Assembly: GCA_019358915.1 (NCBI GenBank) | Contig: JAHHIM010000070.1 | Span: 1 to 10,542 of the forward strand | Source: Trichormus sp. ATA11-4-KO1 | Lineage (GTDB): Bacteria > Cyanobacteriota > Cyanobacteriia > Cyanobacteriales > Nostocaceae | Length of the DNA stretch: 10,542 bases | Direction of reading: 5' to 3' | Shown here: piece by piece, positions 7,103 to 10,542 of the stretch | Layout of the letters: each line of letters begins with the position of its first letter | How positions within the stretch are numbered: position 1 is the stretch's first letter | Position numbers and translations under genes: made by a program | The notes under the pieces: model-generated | Databases searched by the model: none | Told to the model about the DNA's origin: nothing | What the model saw: the letters and a program-made list of their open reading frames with translations, nothing else

Positions 7103-7474
7103 ATGCAAAGTTTTGTATCAGAAAAAACTCAACGCTATCAGCAGTTATTCGATGAGATGATGAATCGCTTCCATTTAGAAGCGAAAACAACTGCTGAACA
7201 GGCTAAAGTTTCTGAGGTTATGTTGTCCCGCTTTCGCCGAGGAAAGGCGGATTTAGGAGCATCAAAACTAATAGCTTTACTTTTAGCTGTTCCAGTAGAA
7301 GCTAGGGTGTGGTATTTATCTGAGTTGTTTGGTCAAAAGCCTGGAACTAGCCTGCGATCGCTAATTGCTCAAGCACCGCCTGAAGAACAAGCTGAAGTTT
7401 TAAAGCTAATTGCGGATATTTTTTTGAATAACAGCCGTGAGGCTACAGATACAGTGCAGTTACTTAAAGCTTGA
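7103..7474 (+). CDS. XRE-family HTH transcriptional regulator (123 aa)
   Basis: AKTTAEQAKVSEVMLSRFRRGKADL is an XRE/cI-type HTH. The gene is divergent from rep and upstream of parAB. Confidence 0.8.
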   Translation: MQSFVSEKTQRYQQLFDEMMNRFHLEAKTTAEQAKVSEVMLSRFRRGKADLGASKLIALLLAVPVEARVWYLSELFGQKPGTSLRSLIAQAPPEEQAEVLKLIADIFLNNSREATDTVQLLKA

Positions 7475-7962
7475 TAAGTTAGATCAATAGTTCGAGAATT
7501 GGTTGTTAAAAGTCTGCTGAATCTGGTTAATTTAAGAAAATATTGAGCGTTGTGATCACCTACGGTGGGGTGAATTGATCGCTGAATCAATTGAATAAAC
7601 AGCTAGTTGACGAAACACTTATAAAGTAAGTGTTAAATCAAAATTTGAGTCTGGATTGATTTTGCAAAAAGCCTCATCGATTGCTTAATAGCTATTAGCT
7701 GAGTGCAAGTGAGGACAACAGACCTTGTTTTTAATCTCAGAGAATATCTGCACCCAACAGTAGCTCAACATTAGTGCGGCTAAACATAATTTATTGCCCA
7801 GGTTGTTGGTATGTTTACAACAAGAGTCCGATGCAAGACGGACTTTCTGTACCTAAGTGGCTTTTCTCACATAACCGTTATTCATTAGTTCACAAAGGGC
7901 TTTATTGTTGTACTAAGCACTTTATCTTTCATGTAAATACTGTTTTGTCGGGGAAAATTCAA

Positions 7963-8718
7963 TTGAATCGAATAATTACACTATTTAATCAATCTGGTGG
8001 TGTAGGTAAATCGAGTTTAGCCATGAACCTCGCCTACCATCTGCAAGAGCTTAAAAATCAAGTGCTTTTGATAGACATGGACCCTCAAGGTTCATTGACT
8101 ACTTTCATGGGTTTAGACCCCACCTCACTGAAGCAGACTATTTATGATGCGATTTTGCATTCTTCACCTCTGCCTATTCACTCTAAAATTCATGGTGTCG
8201 ATTTAGTTCCTGCCAATATCAACTTGAGTGCTGCTGAATTAGAACTGGTAATGGCAGATATGCGGGATATCCGGCTCAAGGACGCTTTAGAGCCAGTAAT
8301 TAACCAATACGATTTCATCCTCATAGACTGTCCACCTAGTTTGGGGCTTTTAAGTTACATCAGCTTAGTAGCAGCAACTCATGTCCTTGTCCCAATTCAA
8401 ACTCAATACAAAGCATTTTGTGGTACTGAATTACTGTTGAGTACAGTAGCACGGGTGAGATCGCGTCCTAATCGGAAATTAGCGATCGCTGGGTTTATTC
8501 CCACTATGTACGATGGTCGGAACGTTCAAGATGCACGTACTTTAGAAGCAATACAGCAGCAGTTAGCGAAAGTAGGTGTTGTTTATCCGGCAATACCTCG
8601 TTCTACTGCCTTTGCCGACGCATCAGAAGACCATGTACCTTTGGCTGTATATAACCGAAAAAATCCTGCCGTGCCGATACTCAAACAAATTGCTAAAAGC
8701 TTGGAGAAACTATCATGA
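7963..8718 (+). CDS. parA: ParA/Soj-family partition ATPase (251 aa from TTG 7963)
   Basis: IITLFNQSGGVGKS deviant Walker A, LIDMDPQG, and YDFILIDCPPSLG Walker B. TTG at 7963 has a GGGGA RBS at 7950-7954 and gives a typical ParA length. Confidence 0.95.
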   Translation: MNRIITLFNQSGGVGKSSLAMNLAYHLQELKNQVLLIDMDPQGSLTTFMGLDPTSLKQTIYDAILHSSPLPIHSKIHGVDLVPANINLSAAELELVMADMRDIRLKDALEPVINQYDFILIDCPPSLGLLSYISLVAATHVLVPIQTQYKAFCGTELLLSTVARVRSRPNRKLAIAGFIPTMYDGRNVQDARTLEAIQQQLAKVGVVYPAIPRSTAFADASEDHVPLAVYNRKNPAVPILKQIAKSLEKLS

Positions 8719-9629
8719 GTAGCAGGCGCGATCGCCCTTATCAACAAATGAAGACTTTGGATATTCTGTTTGGGGAATCTCAACCAGTAGCAGAAATAGT
8801 TTCTATAGAAGCAATTTGTCTACCACCACAACAGCCCAGGCGTTACTTTGATCCCCAAGCTATGCAAGAATTAGTAGAATCAGTGCGACAGCACGGAATT
8901 CTACAACCGCTTCTGGTGCGTCTGCTGCCAGATAACAAGTACGAGCTGGTAGCTGGCGAAAGACGCTATCGAGCGGCGAAAGAGGTAAATCTGACTGAAG
9001 TGCCAGTTGTTATCCGAGAACTAAACGATGAGGAAGCTATGCAGCTTTCTCTGATTGAGAACCTCTGCCGTGAAGATTTGAACCCGGTAGAAGAAACAGA
9101 GGGAATTTTACAGCTTTTGGCACTGCGTCTGGGGGGTAATGTTGACGATATAACTCCCTTGCTTTATAAAATGAAGAACGCGGCAGATAAAAATGATGAA
9201 TCTAGGCATAACGTTATGCCTAACCCAGAAGCTCAATTAGTTGAAGAAACCTTCACCAATTTGGGGCTGATGACATGGGAATCCTTTGTGAAAAATCGTT
9301 TACCTTTGCTAAACCTGCCTGATGATGTGTTGGCAGCGTTACGTCAAGGAAAGATCGCCTACACAAAAGCCAAAGTAATTGCCCGCCTCAAAGATGAAAC
9401 TGCACGTCAAGAACTACTGAAAGCTGCCATTAGTGAAAATCTTTCTTTAACTCAAATTCAATCGCGGTTAAAAGCTCTACTTCCAACCTCTGATACTAAC
9501 GAGCGAAAAGAGCGTTTAGAGGGAACAATCCGCCGAGTTAAACAGATACGAGTTTGGGAAGACCAGCACAAGTGGAATCGGCTAGAAGCACTCTTAGCTC
9601 AAATTGAAGAGCTTCTAGCTCAGGAGTGA
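8715..9629 (+). CDS. parB: ParB/RepB/Spo0J partition protein (304 aa)
   Basis: QPRRYFD, GILQPLLVR, YELVAGERRYRAA (CTP-binding arginine patch) and LIENLCREDLNPVEE. ATGA overlap with parA. Confidence 0.96.
   Translation: MSSRRDRPYQQMKTLDILFGESQPVAEIVSIEAICLPPQQPRRYFDPQAMQELVESVRQHGILQPLLVRLLPDNKYELVAGERRYRAAKEVNLTEVPVVIRELNDEEAMQLSLIENLCREDLNPVEETEGILQLLALRLGGNVDDITPLLYKMKNAADKNDESRHNVMPNPEAQLVEETFTNLGLMTWESFVKNRLPLLNLPDDVLAALRQGKIAYTKAKVIARLKDETARQELLKAAISENLSLTQIQSRLKALLPTSDTNERKERLEGTIRRVKQIRVWEDQHKWNRLEALLAQIEELLAQE
9203..9222. promoter_or_regulatory. Perfect 20-bp palindrome inside parB; candidate parS
   Basis: TAGGCATAAC|GTTATGCCTA. The palindrome is seen directly; the parS function is inferred. 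Confidence 0.55.
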
Positions 9630-9791
9630 AATTTTATCCCAATGGTCATTCTTTTACAGGATGACAACAGATGTTTTTTGCAATAGCCAATAACCAGACA
9701 ATAAAAAATGTTGATGTTAGGTATTACCTCATACACATCTCTGTTAAATTTTGGCGTGCAAGTTTCTCGCACCAGCTTCCGGTGTTCCTAA

Positions 9792-9877
9792 TACCAATTC
9801 AAAATTCAAAATTAAGAATCAAGACAGGACAAGCGTTTGGGGCTGTATATCTGTCATATTCTTTTTTCAAATTGGTA
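9792..9877. mobile_element. 86-bp MITE-like dispersed repeat with TACCAATT/AATTGGTA termini
   Basis: Terminal inverted repeats flanked by TAA on both sides (9789-9791, 9878-9880), with an internal TTCAAAA heptamer tandem. It resembles Nostoc short dispersed repeats beginning TATACCAATTTGAAAAAAGAAT, as I recall them. Confidence 0.65.
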
Positions 9878-10415
9878 TAAAGTTGGCTTTTGCTCATGTG
9901 CAGGTAGTAATTTTGCCAATTTATAGAAAGTTAGGCTTCAATCATTTTTGAATGTTTGGTGTATTTTCCTTGCTCTGTATGGGTTTGAGGCATGAACAAG
10001 CCTCAAAAATGTTTAAGTCCCGTTAGCTAAACTGGATTGTCTTATGGATGTTCTCTATCTATTGGTAGAGTTACGTTTTTGTGTAGACTACGCAAAAAGT
10101 CTGTATTATTAAAAATCTAAATTTAAGTATAATTACATTTATCGCTGATTAAGCCTAATCTTAGGAATACATAGAATCATATATTTTATGTAGGCTTACA
10201 CAATTAAAAATTAAATCTAGTAATAAAATTTTCTGGAAATATAAAGAAATTTCTGTAAGGTAACAAGAGATGAGTTTCTTACACTTGGTCGATTAGCATT
10301 AAGATGTCTACAAGTTATTAAAGATATAGGAAACTTAGTTGTTGTAATTTTCTATGTCTTCAATCAAGCTGTATCCAGAACTCTACAATCATAAGCATTC
10401 CTCGAATCTATATCC

Positions 10416-10542
10416 CTAGGAGTTACGCATTGACAAAAAATTCCATTCATGTGTATTAAGCAGCACAAGTATTGGTAAGATTTTCTACAATGTAATCACG
10501 CACAACCAAAGTGAATAAGTTCCTTTGCAATTCATACCAATT
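10416..10542 (-). mobile_element. Right end of a second, inverted copy of the same IS plus CTAG target site at 10416-10419
   Basis: 127/127 reverse-complement identity with 1-127. Confidence 0.8.
10456..10542 (-). CDS. Transposase C-terminal fragment (partial), identical to 1-87
   Basis: Mirror of 1-87; encodes NWYELQRNLFTLVVRDYIVENLTNTCAA*. Confidence 0.7.
   Translation of the reverse strand, partial: NWYELQRNLFTLVVRDYIVENLTNTCAA

Larger units (their letters stand above)
565..8735. repeat. Dispersed HIP1 octamers (GCGATCGC), a cyanobacterial signature
   Basis: Perfect copies start at 565, 1679, 5017, 5883, 6338, 7354, 8482 and 8728. Near-copies (ACGATCGC) start at 5707 and 6378. Confidence 0.9.

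Noticed and set aside
7369..7590. 73-aa minus-strand ORF
   Set aside because: Overlaps the XRE gene antisense, has a non-ATG start, and shows no motifs.
7774..7962. 63-aa N-terminal extension of ParA (type Ia HTH)
   Set aside because: The sequence is Cys/aromatic-rich and not HTH-like, and TTG 7963 has an RBS and gives the standard length.
8583..8783. 66-aa minus-strand ORF
   Set aside because: Antisense shadow across the parA/parB junction.
9671..9951. ORFs 9671-9880 and 9751-9951
   Set aside because: They overlap each other and run through the MITE-like repeat, with no recognisable protein features.
1..10542. Complete linear plasmid or phage with terminal inverted repeats
   Set aside because: The repeat is exactly 127 bp (assembler k-mer-like), starts mid-transposase, and truncates a gene at its inner edge. 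IS-bounded contig ends explain it better.

Overview
Cyanobacterial DNA, probably Nostocales and probably plasmid-derived (8 perfect HIP1 GCGATCGC sites, a Nostoc-like DnaB N-terminus, cyanobacterial plasmid-type ParAB). Bases 1-127 are the exact reverse complement of 10416-10542. Each end carries a transposase C-terminus and an IS right end (probably IS701 family) abutting CTAG, so the window looks like a contig bounded by two inward-facing IS copies. The left part (124-4448) is the 3' end of a tightly coupled putative defence operon. It encodes an IS-truncated helicase C-terminus (DUF1998/DpdJ-like), a single-motif PLD nuclease (DpdK-like), a TPR protein with a C-terminal DUF2325-like domain (DpdD-like) and a MazG-like pyrophosphatase, then a terminator. 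The right part is a replicon cassette. It holds an apparently chimeric dnaB, an HTH initiator gene split by a frameshift inside its own array of dyad-symmetric 19/20-bp iteron-like repeats, a divergent XRE regulator, parA, and parB with an internal perfect 20-bp palindrome. An 86-bp MITE-like element and AT-rich non-coding DNA follow. Family assignments come from motif recognition and recall, not database searches.
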